A DNA stretch of 64,000 bases from Candidatus Latescibacterota bacterium (GTDB lineage Bacteria; Latescibacterota; UBA2968). Below the pieces are notes generated by a model. That model was not told the DNA's origin. It saw nothing but the letters and a program-made list of their open reading frames with translations, and made no database searches. The position numbers and the translations under genes were made by a program. Each line of letters begins with the position of its first letter. Within the stretch, counting starts at the first letter, position 1. This document shows, in pieces, positions 30,670 to 39,622 of this stretch. The stretch covers positions 608,001-672,000 of the forward strand of contig OZ220741.1 of the NCBI GenBank assembly GCA_965116885.1. The letters run 5' to 3'.

Positions 30670-32126
30670 AAATTCTCAAACGCCTCGTCCCAGGCATCCG
30701 TATCCGTCGGGCTATACGTCTTAATCGCAGTAGAAGCGCGCACAACATCCCGCAGTTCATCCAGAGAACCAATCTGCCCCTTGCCCATCGCCTGCATCAA
30801 AAGATTGCCCATTGCAGTCGCCTCAGCCGGCCCCGACAGCACCGCGCGCCCTGTTGCAGAAGCGATAAACTGGCACAAAAGCGTATTGTGTATCCCCCCA
30901 CCCACAATGTGAATATCCCCCAGCGTCTTGCCCAATACATCTTCGAGCTGCCCCAGAACATAGCGACATTTGAGCGCCAGGCTCTCCAGCGCCGTGCGAA
31001 TAATATCCCCCTCACTATCGGGCAACCGTTGACCAGTGCGCCTGCAAAAATCCCGAATGCGGGACGGCATATCCCCTGGCGTACCAAAATCGGCGTGATC
31101 CGGATCGATAAACGACGCGAGCCGATCCGATTCCATCGCCAGCCCCATCAACGCCTCCCACGAATAATCCTTCCCCGCCAACGCCCACACGCGGCGGCAC
31201 TCCTGCACAATCCACAGCCCCGAAATATTCTTCAAAAACCGGATCATATTGTCAACACCGCCCTCATTGGTAAAATTGTGTGCGAGCGCGCGTTTATTAA
31301 TCGCGGGCGCGGGCAGTTCCGCACCCATCAACGCCCACGTGCCACAACTGATATAAACCGCATCGGGTGAAGAAAGGGGCACAGCCGCAACCGCCGACCC
31401 CGTATCGTGACAAGCCGGTGCAATCACATCAATCGGTGCAACACCCATCTCATCTGCAATGCTCCTGCGAACAGGCCCGAGCACCGTACCTGGCGACACC
31501 ACATCCGGAAGCATATCCGTGGGAATATCCAGCGCATTGAGCATTGATTTTGCCCAGGCATTCTCGCGCGGATTGAAGAACTGCGTGGTAGTTGCATTGG
31601 AATACTCACACACCTTCATACCGGTGAACCAGAAATTGAACAAATCGGGCATCGTGAGAAACGTGCGCGCAATATCGAGCTGGGGCGACTGCGCGAGCCG
31701 TTGCGCGAGCAACTGATACAGCGTGTTAAGCTCCATAAACTGAATACCCGTCTGCTCGAAAATCTCCTCGCGAGAAACCCGCTCAAACGCGACATCCATC
31801 ATCCCCTGAGTGCGCGCATCGCGGTAACAAAAGGGATTGCCGAGCAAATTGTCCTGCGCGTCGAGCAAGCCATAATCAACACCCCACGTATCACAGCCCA
31901 TACCATTGAGTGGTTCCCCAGACCGAACCGCGAGACGCAACCCCGTACACATCTCGTCAAACAGCCGCAGCGCGTCCCAATAATAATGATTGCCAACAGG
32001 TATTCCCTGATTGGGAAACCGGTGAATCTCTTCAATATCCAGACGCGCGCCATCAAAACGCCCCAAAACAGCCCGACCGCTGGACGCACCCAAATCATAA
32101 GCGAGATAATTGGTTGTCGATGCCAT
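30654..32126 (-). CDS. rhaB: Rhamnulokinase/FGGY-family sugar kinase
   Basis: YDLGASSGR, DTWGVDY, PACHDTGSA, ISCGTW, FTNEGG, KNISGLW, EATAMGN. Confidence 0.85.
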   Translation of the reverse strand: MASTTNYLAYDLGASSGRAVLGRFDGARLDIEEIHRFPNQGIPVGNHYYWDALRLFDEMCTGLRLAVRSGEPLNGMGCDTWGVDYGLLDAQDNLLGNPFCYRDARTQGMMDVAFERVSREEIFEQTGIQFMELNTLYQLLAQRLAQSPQLDIARTFLTMPDLFNFWFTGMKVCEYSNATTTQFFNPRENAWAKSMLNALDIPTDMLPDVVSPGTVLGPVRRSIADEMGVAPIDVIAPACHDTGSAVAAVPLSSPDAVYISCGTWALMGAELPAPAINKRALAHNFTNEGGVDNMIRFLKNISGLWIVQECRRVWALAGKDYSWEALMGLAMESDRLASFIDPDHADFGTPGDMPSRIRDFCRRTGQRLPDSEGDIIRTALESLALKCRYVLGQLEDVLGKTLGDIHIVGGGIHNTLLCQFIASATGRAVLSGPAEATAMGNLLMQAMGKGQIGSLDELRDVVRASTAIKTYSPTDTDAWDEAFENFQRVM

Positions 32127-32139
32127 AAAAAAACTCCAT

Positions 32140-32233
32140 CAGGATGTGCAAGATTAAAGGATGAACAGGATAAAAGGCAAAAAAGCAACCACAGTCTGAA
32201 GCAGGATGTGCAAGATTAAAGGATGAACAGGAT
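32140..32233 (+). repeat. Duplicated CAGGATGTGCAAGATTAAAGGATGAACAGGAT element (related copy at 37892-37925)
   Basis: Two identical 32-bp copies at 32140 and 32202. Confidence 0.75.
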
Positions 32234-32406
32234 GAAAGGCAAATGCAACTACAGACAAGCAACCACAGATAAAAGGCACCCCTGCTGTAAAAATAAATAC
32301 GAGAGCAACAGCACTGGTGCAATTCGCATTGTGTTTACACAATTCAGTGGCTATTATAGGACGCGGTTGGGAAGTGTCAAGTATTTCGTTATCAGGAGTG
32401 TGTATT

Positions 32407-34041
32407 ATGAGCAAAGATTTGAAAGCCGTTTTTCATTTTTGGAAGCGTTTTGCACGTCAAAATGGCCTGAATCGCCGCGATTTAATCAAAGGTGTCGCCA
32501 CCGCAAGTCTCGGTCTCGCAGCCGGAACCTTCGGCGCGCCACAGATCTATGGAAATTCAAACGTAGCGAAATCAAAACGACGCAATCGCATCCAACTCGA
32601 AAACGCCAGGCGTGGAACGCGCGACTGGTTGCTCACTAAGACCGACATCAACGACATCGAACCGGTGGAATTGTGGCGTTCCCCGCGAATCGAAGGCTAC
32701 TGCTCTGAGACGAGCGTGAGTGCTGGCGACACGATCAAGATCATGGTGAGCACGAATCCAGTGTCCCAGTTTGATCTGGAGATCTTCCGCACGGGTTACT
32801 ACGGCGGCACCGGCGGTCGTTTCATGAAGCGCTTTGATTCTATACAGGGCAAAACCCAGGCCGATCCGCCGATAGGCGAAAACCGTCTGCGCGAATGCCA
32901 ATGGGATCCGTCGGTCGAATTCGAGATTCCAGACGATTGGCTCAGCGGCGTCTATCTGGGCAAACTCACTGCCAAGGAGGGCGGCGTGCAAAGCTACGTC
33001 ATCTTTATTGTGCGCGATGATCGCCCCTGCGATTTGCTCTTCCAGTGCAGCGACATGACCTGGCAAGCCTACAACAGTTGGCCTACCAACGAGTGGTCTC
33101 TTTATCACAACGACGAGAATGGCTACACGGGATATAAGAAAAGGAAAAAGTGGAGCACCAACGCGAACGATACCGGGTGGGTGAGTTTTGACCGTCCCTA
33201 CGCCCAGTTCTGCATGGATCATCTGGTCAAGAATCCCAAGTCCCAGGGTTCGGGCGAGTTTCTTCTTTGGGAATTCCCCCTCTCCTACTGGATAGAGCAG
33301 CAGGGGTACGATGTATCGTATACCTCAAATGTGGATACGCACAGGCACGGTCCGCGATTGCAGCGCACGAAAGGCTTCATCTCCGTGGGCCATGACGAGT
33401 ATTGGACCCGGGAGATGTACGACAACGTCAGCGCGGCTCGGGATGCCGGTGTCAACCTTGCGTTCCTGAGTGGCAATTCGGTTTGGGGTGTGGTGCCTTT
33501 GCTGCCCTCTGCCGAGGGGCAGTCCCACCGGATCATGCGCAGGGAAGGCGTGTTCCTTGGCGAGGAACTCAGCAAGATGTTGAACAAGAGACGCGGCACC
33601 CCCGCCAAGTATCCAGCGGGGCCGGACGGGGCACTGCTTATGGGTGGACGTACGGCCGGTATCGGCGGCGGCGGAGACTGGGTCTGCGTCAAGCCCGATC
33701 ACTGGCTGTATGAAGGCACGGGCATGAAAGAAGGCGACACGATCAAAGGTCTGGTGGGATGGGAATGGCACGGTTCTCCCCCTTACGATCAGCCCGGGAT
33801 GGAAATCCTGGCGAAAGGCGCCACGAAAAATAACCAGGGAAAAGTCAAACCGCCCCATGTCGCGACGATCTACGACGGGCCCAGGAACAACTTTGTGTTC
33901 AACGCCGGGACGATCTGGTGGGCGCAAGGTTTGTCATCGCCTCCAGGCCACGTACTACCCGCGCGAGTTGCCGAGCCGCAAGGCCCGGACCCGCGCGTGC
34001 AGCGCATGATGGAGAATGTGTTCCAACAGTTTATCCAATGA
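32407..34041 (+). CDS. Tat-exported N,N-dimethylformamidase beta-subunit-like protein
   Basis: NRRDLIKG Tat leader, IEGYCS, RTGYYGG, TWQAYN, VSFDRPY, SVGHDEYW, NLAFLSGN, VFNAGTIWW. Confidence 0.8.
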   Translation: MSKDLKAVFHFWKRFARQNGLNRRDLIKGVATASLGLAAGTFGAPQIYGNSNVAKSKRRNRIQLENARRGTRDWLLTKTDINDIEPVELWRSPRIEGYCSETSVSAGDTIKIMVSTNPVSQFDLEIFRTGYYGGTGGRFMKRFDSIQGKTQADPPIGENRLRECQWDPSVEFEIPDDWLSGVYLGKLTAKEGGVQSYVIFIVRDDRPCDLLFQCSDMTWQAYNSWPTNEWSLYHNDENGYTGYKKRKKWSTNANDTGWVSFDRPYAQFCMDHLVKNPKSQGSGEFLLWEFPLSYWIEQQGYDVSYTSNVDTHRHGPRLQRTKGFISVGHDEYWTREMYDNVSAARDAGVNLAFLSGNSVWGVVPLLPSAEGQSHRIMRREGVFLGEELSKMLNKRRGTPAKYPAGPDGALLMGGRTAGIGGGGDWVCVKPDHWLYEGTGMKEGDTIKGLVGWEWHGSPPYDQPGMEILAKGATKNNQGKVKPPHVATIYDGPRNNFVFNAGTIWWAQGLSSPPGHVLPARVAEPQGPDPRVQRMMENVFQQFIQ

Positions 34042-34058
34042 TGATTAAGGAGGAGAAC

Positions 34059-35399
34059 TTGAATCTAAATACCCAGAGACCAAATATCCTGTTCATCATG
34101 ACAGATCAACAGCACGCAGACATGATGAGCTGCACAGGTAATAAGTGGTTGAAGACGCCGGCCATGGATAGCCTGGCACGAGATGGTATCCGTTTTGAGA
34201 TGGCATACGCGACAAATCCCGTATGTGTCGCAAGCCGAACCAGCATGGCCACAGGCGTCATGTCCTGTCGCCTTGGTGCGGGCAACAATGGCCCTGGCAT
34301 GGCGATCAAGCAACTCCCGCCTGAAGTGCACGATCATTCGATGGGCAAGATCATGAAGCGTGCCGGCTACGACACGTTCTATGGCGGAAAAGTGCATATG
34401 TGCCCCCCGCTGGCCCCAGAGAATGCAGGTTATGACGAATATTTCCGAAATGATCGCGAAGCACTGCCTGCGGCCTGTCTCCAATTCATGGAGAAGAAGA
34501 GAGGCAACCCCTTTTTTGCCGTAGCATCATTCATCAATCCCCACGATATCTGCTTTGCTCACATTGCCCGCAATGGCGAAGATAGGCACGGCGTGTTGGC
34601 GTTACATAAGGAGGCGTCCTCCCTTGAGATGGATGAACTTCCGCCACTTCCAGACAACTACGCGATACAGCAGAATGAGCCTGCAGCGATCGAAGCACAC
34701 CTGAATCCCAATGCGCCAACGCCCGCTATCACGATGCGGAAGGAATATGACGAGAAGGCATGGCGAATCAATCGGTGGATCTATCATCGACTTACCGAAA
34801 AAGTCGATCGCCACATCGGCGACATTCTCGACGGTTTGAAAAAAGCCGGACTCGAAGAAGACACCATTGTGATTTTCACCAGCGACCACGGCAATATGGA
34901 TGCGAGCCACAGGCTGGCATCCAAGGGTGTCTTCTATGAAGAATCGGTAGGTGTTCCGTTTATCCTCAAACACATAGGAGGCACTCCAGGTGGCCGTACG
35001 AACAGGACGCATCTGGTCTCCACAGGGCTCGATATCCTGCCCACAATTTGTGACTACGCAGGCATCAAGCAGCCTGACCATCTTCTTGGTATGAGCCTTC
35101 GCCCGCTGGCAGAGGATAGGCGTGTGGACGACTGGCGTACCTATGTGGCGTCTGAAAACCACTGGACCCGAATGATCCGAAGTCAGAGATACAAGTATTG
35201 CGCCTACGATCACGCGTTCGGGAATGAGTCACTGGTTGATATGGAGAATGACCCTGGTGAAATGCAAAACCTTGTTGATGATCCCAAATTCCAGGACGTA
35301 ATGACTGAGCATCGCAGACTCCTTGCGGATTGGAGCAACCTTTCCGAAGACAAAGACGCCTCGAAATACCTTAAGACAGGTCCAGGACCTGAAAGATAG
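34059..35399 (+). CDS. Sulfatase
   Basis: AGGAGG RBS with TTG start; PNILFIMTDQQ, CVASR variant motif, FTSDHG. Confidence 0.9.
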   Translation: MNLNTQRPNILFIMTDQQHADMMSCTGNKWLKTPAMDSLARDGIRFEMAYATNPVCVASRTSMATGVMSCRLGAGNNGPGMAIKQLPPEVHDHSMGKIMKRAGYDTFYGGKVHMCPPLAPENAGYDEYFRNDREALPAACLQFMEKKRGNPFFAVASFINPHDICFAHIARNGEDRHGVLALHKEASSLEMDELPPLPDNYAIQQNEPAAIEAHLNPNAPTPAITMRKEYDEKAWRINRWIYHRLTEKVDRHIGDILDGLKKAGLEEDTIVIFTSDHGNMDASHRLASKGVFYEESVGVPFILKHIGGTPGGRTNRTHLVSTGLDILPTICDYAGIKQPDHLLGMSLRPLAEDRRVDDWRTYVASENHWTRMIRSQRYKYCAYDHAFGNESLVDMENDPGEMQNLVDDPKFQDVMTEHRRLLADWSNLSEDKDASKYLKTGPGPER

Positions 35400-35494
35400 G
35401 CTTATACAACAAGTCTATGAGATGTTTCCAGCGCCTATAGGAATATCTAATTGAGGATAACGACTGATGTCCTCAACATAACATTAGAAAATTT

Positions 35495-35528
35495 TAAACC
35501 CCTGGAGAGATATGCTCTTCAGGGGTTT
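35495..35528 (+). terminator. Rho-independent terminator-like hairpin
   Basis: AAACCCCTGGAGAG-ATATG-CTCTTCAGGGGTTT. Confidence 0.55.
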
Positions 35529-35658
35529 CATTTGGATGGATTTGGGTTGCAATCTGAACGCGAACATCCCGTGCCAAAACGCGAGGACTATGTATGTGTG
35601 ATCAGATGGTATGCGCATCGCCTTTTTCCGCATTCAGGAAGTACGACTGTTGTACAGC

Positions 35659-35704
35659 ATAAAGGTCTATATATAAACCAATAAGATTATATATAGACCT
35701 TTAT
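35659..35704. promoter_or_regulatory. Perfect 18-bp inverted repeat upstream of the CARF regulator
   Basis: ATAAAGGTCTATATATAA-10 nt-TTATATATAGACCTTTAT. Confidence 0.55.
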
Positions 35705-35996
35705 TGTAGCTCTATAACATAGATTAGAGACGATCTAATTATTGTTGGACTATATATCGCCCAATTTTTTGAAAAATTGTTTGGTAATGTTTATGGTGAC
35801 ATATATATTGTGAACTCTCTCAAAAATAATTGATGATTTATACATACTCCTCCAAAATTTTGTGAATCATACATCAACCACTCAGACCTGTCCCATTAGA
35901 TGCTACGGAGTCTATTACAAACAGTCAGAGATTAAAATTTTAAAAATACTGTTTTAGACTACAAAATTCAATGAAATGACTCAAGAGGATAAAGAT

Positions 35997-37640
35997 ATGC
36001 AACACAAATTGGTCGCTGTAGTCGGCAACACACCACAAGTTATGACAGAAATCTTCTGGGCATTGCGTGTCCAGCACAAAGTGCCCATCGATGAAGTATT
36101 TTTGATAACGACAACAGAAGGACAAAAAACCTGCCAAGAACGCCTTTTGGATGAAGGTCGCTTTGACAAGATGTTGTCGGATTACAAGATCGATCCCAAT
36201 ACTGTCGCGTTCAAGCCCGATCATATCCATGTATTTGAAGATGCTGAAGGCAATTTTTTAGACGACATCCGCACCTCAGAAGATAATCGTCTGGCTCGGG
36301 ACCAACTTTTCCGATGGATTGAAAATTGGACGAAGAATGCCCATGTCGCTTTACACTGCTCGCTCGCAGGTGGACGTAAGTCAATGGGATACTTACTCGG
36401 AGCTGCTATCCAATTTTTTGGTCGGTCACAAGATCGCCTGTATCATGTGCTGGTCACGCCACAAGCAATTGAAACAAATCCCGATTTTTTCTTTCCACCC
36501 GTGCACGAAGCGCAAATCCCCACATCAGACGGACAAAAAATTTCTACTGCTGATGTACGTATTGAATTGGCTGAATTGCCTTATGTATCCGTAAGAGATA
36601 TATCCGCATTTGACGATGAAAACTATGACCTAATTCTACAGAAAACGCAAGCAGAAGTGAGACGTGTTCCACGTCTAAGAGCAGAAAACAAACGGCTGAG
36701 AGAAACATCGGGCAATGCTGGCGGCTTGATCGGAAATAGCTTTGCAATGCAAAAAACCAAAGACCGGATTCGACAAGTTGCTGGTGCAGATGATGCAACC
36801 GTGTTGATTTTGGGTGAAACGGGAACGGGTAAAGAGCGCGCAGTTGCAGCACTACATGAACAGAGTACGAGAAAAAATAAACCATTCATAGCAGTTAACT
36901 GCGGTGCATTTCCAGGTGAACTTTTGGATGTAGAGCTATTCGGTGCGGTTCCAGGTGCTTATACCGGACAAGCCGGACCGCGTGAGGGTGCTTTTCGCGC
37001 AGCTAATGGCGGGACCCTTTATCTTGATGAAATCGGAGAATTATCACATGAAGGGCAGGCGAAGCTGTTGCGCGTATTACAAGAAAAGAAAGTGCGCCCG
37101 GTTGGCAGTGATAAACAAGAGGAAGATGTTGATGTACGCATTGTTGCGGCGACCAATCGCGACTTGAAGGCCAGAGTTCAAGAAAAAGCTTTCCGAGAAG
37201 ACCTGCTGTACCGCCTCAATGTTTGGACCATTGAAATGCCACCGTTGCGAGAACGACGCGAAGATATACCGGAGTTAATCGACCTGTTTTGTGAACAATT
37301 TAATGAAAAATACAAACGCAATGTTGTGGGCTTTGATGCCCCAGCCATAGAAGCTATGTGTCGCTACACCTGGCCGGGCAATGTGCGCGAGCTTGAACAT
37401 GAAGTTGAGCGCATCGTCATTGCTGCCCCACAGAGTGCATTTCGCGTACATAAGGAAGACATAGCCAGGCATATTATTGAATCATCAGATTTAGACACGG
37501 GTAGTGGGACACTCAAAGAGCAAGTGGCGCAGTTTAAGAAGCAGAAGATTCAGGAAATACTGGCGCAAACTCAGGGCAGTGTTAAACGCGCCGCGAATAT
37601 ATTGGGTATTAATGAATCAACGGTGAGCCGAAATCGGTAA
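35997..37640 (+). CDS. NE0113-family CARF domain fused to sigma-54 enhancer-binding AAA+ domain and Fis-type HTH
   Basis: N-terminus: VVGNTPQVMTEIFWAL, LITT, LDDIRT, LHCSLAGGRKSM, FGRSQDRLYHVLV, FFFP. AAA+: GETGTGKE, VNCGAF, ELFGAVPGAYTGQ, LYLDEIGE, QAKLLRVLQE, AATNRDL, FREDLLYRLN, WPGNVRELE. HTH: GSVKRAANILGINESTV. Confidence 0.92.
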   Translation: MQHKLVAVVGNTPQVMTEIFWALRVQHKVPIDEVFLITTTEGQKTCQERLLDEGRFDKMLSDYKIDPNTVAFKPDHIHVFEDAEGNFLDDIRTSEDNRLARDQLFRWIENWTKNAHVALHCSLAGGRKSMGYLLGAAIQFFGRSQDRLYHVLVTPQAIETNPDFFFPPVHEAQIPTSDGQKISTADVRIELAELPYVSVRDISAFDDENYDLILQKTQAEVRRVPRLRAENKRLRETSGNAGGLIGNSFAMQKTKDRIRQVAGADDATVLILGETGTGKERAVAALHEQSTRKNKPFIAVNCGAFPGELLDVELFGAVPGAYTGQAGPREGAFRAANGGTLYLDEIGELSHEGQAKLLRVLQEKKVRPVGSDKQEEDVDVRIVAATNRDLKARVQEKAFREDLLYRLNVWTIEMPPLRERREDIPELIDLFCEQFNEKYKRNVVGFDAPAIEAMCRYTWPGNVRELEHEVERIVIAAPQSAFRVHKEDIARHIIESSDLDTGSGTLKEQVAQFKKQKIQEILAQTQGSVKRAANILGINESTVSRNR

Positions 37641-37726
37641 AGAGTAAAGGATAGAGTGAGGGATCGCGGTCATCTCGCCTGCATGGATTTACAGAGAAAA
37701 TCCCAAAAATATGAGTTATAAAAGGC

Positions 37727-37761
37727 GTGCATTTTTGCCTATCGCACAGGCAAAAATGCCT
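37727..37761. promoter_or_regulatory. Candidate upstream activator sequence 1 (two 14-bp palindromic boxes)
   Basis: GTGCATTTTTGCCT-7 nt-AGGCAAAAATGCCT. Confidence 0.7.
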
Positions 37762-37858
37762 GTTTGAACATCTCATCGTTCATTTCCTGTTTCAAAAAAA
37801 TATCACACAACCTGTTGTTTTTTTTGATCTCTGAGGAAATTCGGAGATTTTTTTGTGT

Positions 37859-37875
37859 TTGGCACGCGATTTGCA
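37859..37875 (+). promoter_or_regulatory. Sigma-54 (-24/-12) promoter upstream of cas6
   Basis: TTGGCACGCGATTTGCA, GG-N10-GC, matching the YTGGCACG-N4-TTGCW consensus. Confidence 0.9.
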
Positions 37876-38053
37876 AATAGAAACTGTCAGAATCAGGATG
37901 GGCAGGATGCAAGGATGATCAGGATACCCCCGACCCCACCCAGGGGGTTAGATACCGCAACACATCCGTCGAGATGACCGGAAGATCCCATTTAGTCATG
38001 CATTTGGGCCTATAGATGGGCGCAGAGATTATCCACTATTCAAGGAGATATTG

Positions 38054-39013
38054 ATGTTTGACCTGAAACTCGCGTATATGCGCCTCCATTTCAAAGCGCG
38101 GGGCCATCTGCGCCTGCCTCCTTATAAAGGCTCCACATTTCGCGGGGCTTTTGGCGTGTCATTTAAGCGCGCGGTCTGTATTGTGCAACACGGCGAATGC
38201 GAGCGGTGTCTGATTCGGGCGCAATGCGTGTATCCATACGTATTTGACACACCAGTAGATAATGCACAGGGCATATTTCGAGGGTATCAAGAGGCACCGC
38301 ATCCCTATCTGATCGAACCCCCACTGGAAACAAAAACCGATTACGCGCCAGGCGACGAATTTGCCATTGGTCTGACCTTGATAGGCCGCGCACTGAATTA
38401 TATGCCCTACTTCATCTATACATTCCAGCGAATGGGAGACACAGGTCTTGGACGCGGACGCGGCAAATGCGATCTCATATCGGGCGAAGCACTACACCCG
38501 GATGGGACGTGGCAGAAGGTTTACGACGGAGCGAGCGAAATGTTGCAACAAGACGTACCCCATTTGACCGCACAGGATCTGATGCACAACGATATAGGAT
38601 CTCGGATTCGCCTCTCATTTGTAACACCTACCCAACTCAAAGCAGACCAAATATTGCAGCGCGGATTGGATTTCCCCGTACTCGTACGCGGGTTATTGCG
38701 GCGGTATTCGGCACTGGCCGCATTTCACGCAGACGGACCGCCAGATATAAATTATGCCGACTATATCTCGGCGGCAGAGAATATTCAAACCACATCCCAC
38801 AATTTGACCTGGCGCACCTGGGAGCGGTATTCAAACCGCAAGAACCGACGCATGAGCGTGAGCGGTTTTACAGGAGATGTGGTCTTTGAAGGCGACATGA
38901 CACAATTTCACCCCCTGCTGGCCCTGGGCGTGCCGATACACGTTGGCAAGTTGACCAGCTTTGGGATGGGGCAATACGCTATAAAAGGAAGAAGGGTGAA
39001 GGGTGAAGGGTGA
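38054..39013 (+). CDS. cas6: CRISPR precursor RNA processing endoribonuclease Cas6
   Basis: LPPYKGSTFRGAFG, C-x5-CxxC-x5-C, APHPY, FVTPT, RYSNR, Gly-rich loop HVGKLTSFGMGQY. Confidence 0.92.
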   Translation: MFDLKLAYMRLHFKARGHLRLPPYKGSTFRGAFGVSFKRAVCIVQHGECERCLIRAQCVYPYVFDTPVDNAQGIFRGYQEAPHPYLIEPPLETKTDYAPGDEFAIGLTLIGRALNYMPYFIYTFQRMGDTGLGRGRGKCDLISGEALHPDGTWQKVYDGASEMLQQDVPHLTAQDLMHNDIGSRIRLSFVTPTQLKADQILQRGLDFPVLVRGLLRRYSALAAFHADGPPDINYADYISAAENIQTTSHNLTWRTWERYSNRKNRRMSVSGFTGDVVFEGDMTQFHPLLALGVPIHVGKLTSFGMGQYAIKGRRVKGEG

Positions 39014-39060
39014 AGGCAATAGCATGACCTGTTTTATTCCCAGCAGAAATTGTCAAACAA

Positions 39061-39095
39061 GTGCAAAATTGCACAGAGAACGTGCAGAAATGTAC
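39061..39095. promoter_or_regulatory. Candidate upstream activator sequence 2
   Basis: GTGCAAAATTGCAC-7 nt-GTGCAGAAATGTAC. Confidence 0.7.
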
Positions 39096-39192
39096 GCTTG
39101 AACATGTTGGTGTCAATTTGATTTCAGAAAAAATATCGTATAACATATTGTTTTCTCATAAATTAAAAAATAAATTCAAATTTTCCTCCATT

Positions 39193-39209
39193 TTGGCACG
39201 CGGATTGCA
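39193..39209 (+). promoter_or_regulatory. Sigma-54 (-24/-12) promoter upstream of the DUF1232-cmr operon
   Basis: TTGGCACGCGGATTGCA, GG-N10-GC. Confidence 0.9.
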
Positions 39210-39271
39210 TAAACAAGAGGTGCTCGCAAAAAAGTTTTTAATCCGCAGTAAAAACCAAATGGAGGAATACC

Positions 39272-39622
39272 ATGAAGAATCGAAACAATCAAGGGTATAG
39301 GAAATATTATTCTCAGGACAGCTTCTGGAAAAAGTTGCTCAAATTCGCACGTACCGCGGGCCGGGAAGTCGTTGAGCATGCCCTATCACTCTACTACACC
39401 GCGCAAGCTCCCGACACACCTGCCTGGGCCAAAACGGTCATCACCGGGGCACTGGGGTACTTTATTCTTCCAGCCGATGCAATTCCCGACCTGATCCCGG
39501 CCGTCGGTTACGGCGATGACCTGGGTGCGCTGGCCGCAGCACTCGCAGCCGTGGCGGCTCATGTCACGCCTGAAATCAAAGCCCGCGCGAAAGAAAAAGC
39601 CGCTGAGTGGTTTGGTGAGTGA
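39272..39622 (+). CDS. YkvA/DUF1232 family small membrane protein
   Basis: TPAWAKTVITGALGYFILPADAIPDLIPAVGYGDDL. Confidence 0.9.
   Translation: MKNRNNQGYRKYYSQDSFWKKLLKFARTAGREVVEHALSLYYTAQAPDTPAWAKTVITGALGYFILPADAIPDLIPAVGYGDDLGALAAALAAVAAHVTPEIKARAKEKAAEWFGE

Noticed and set aside
35997..37640. Calling the regulator rtcR
   Set aside because: The N-terminal motifs are NE0113-type rather than RtcR-type, and there is no rtcB or rtcA nearby.
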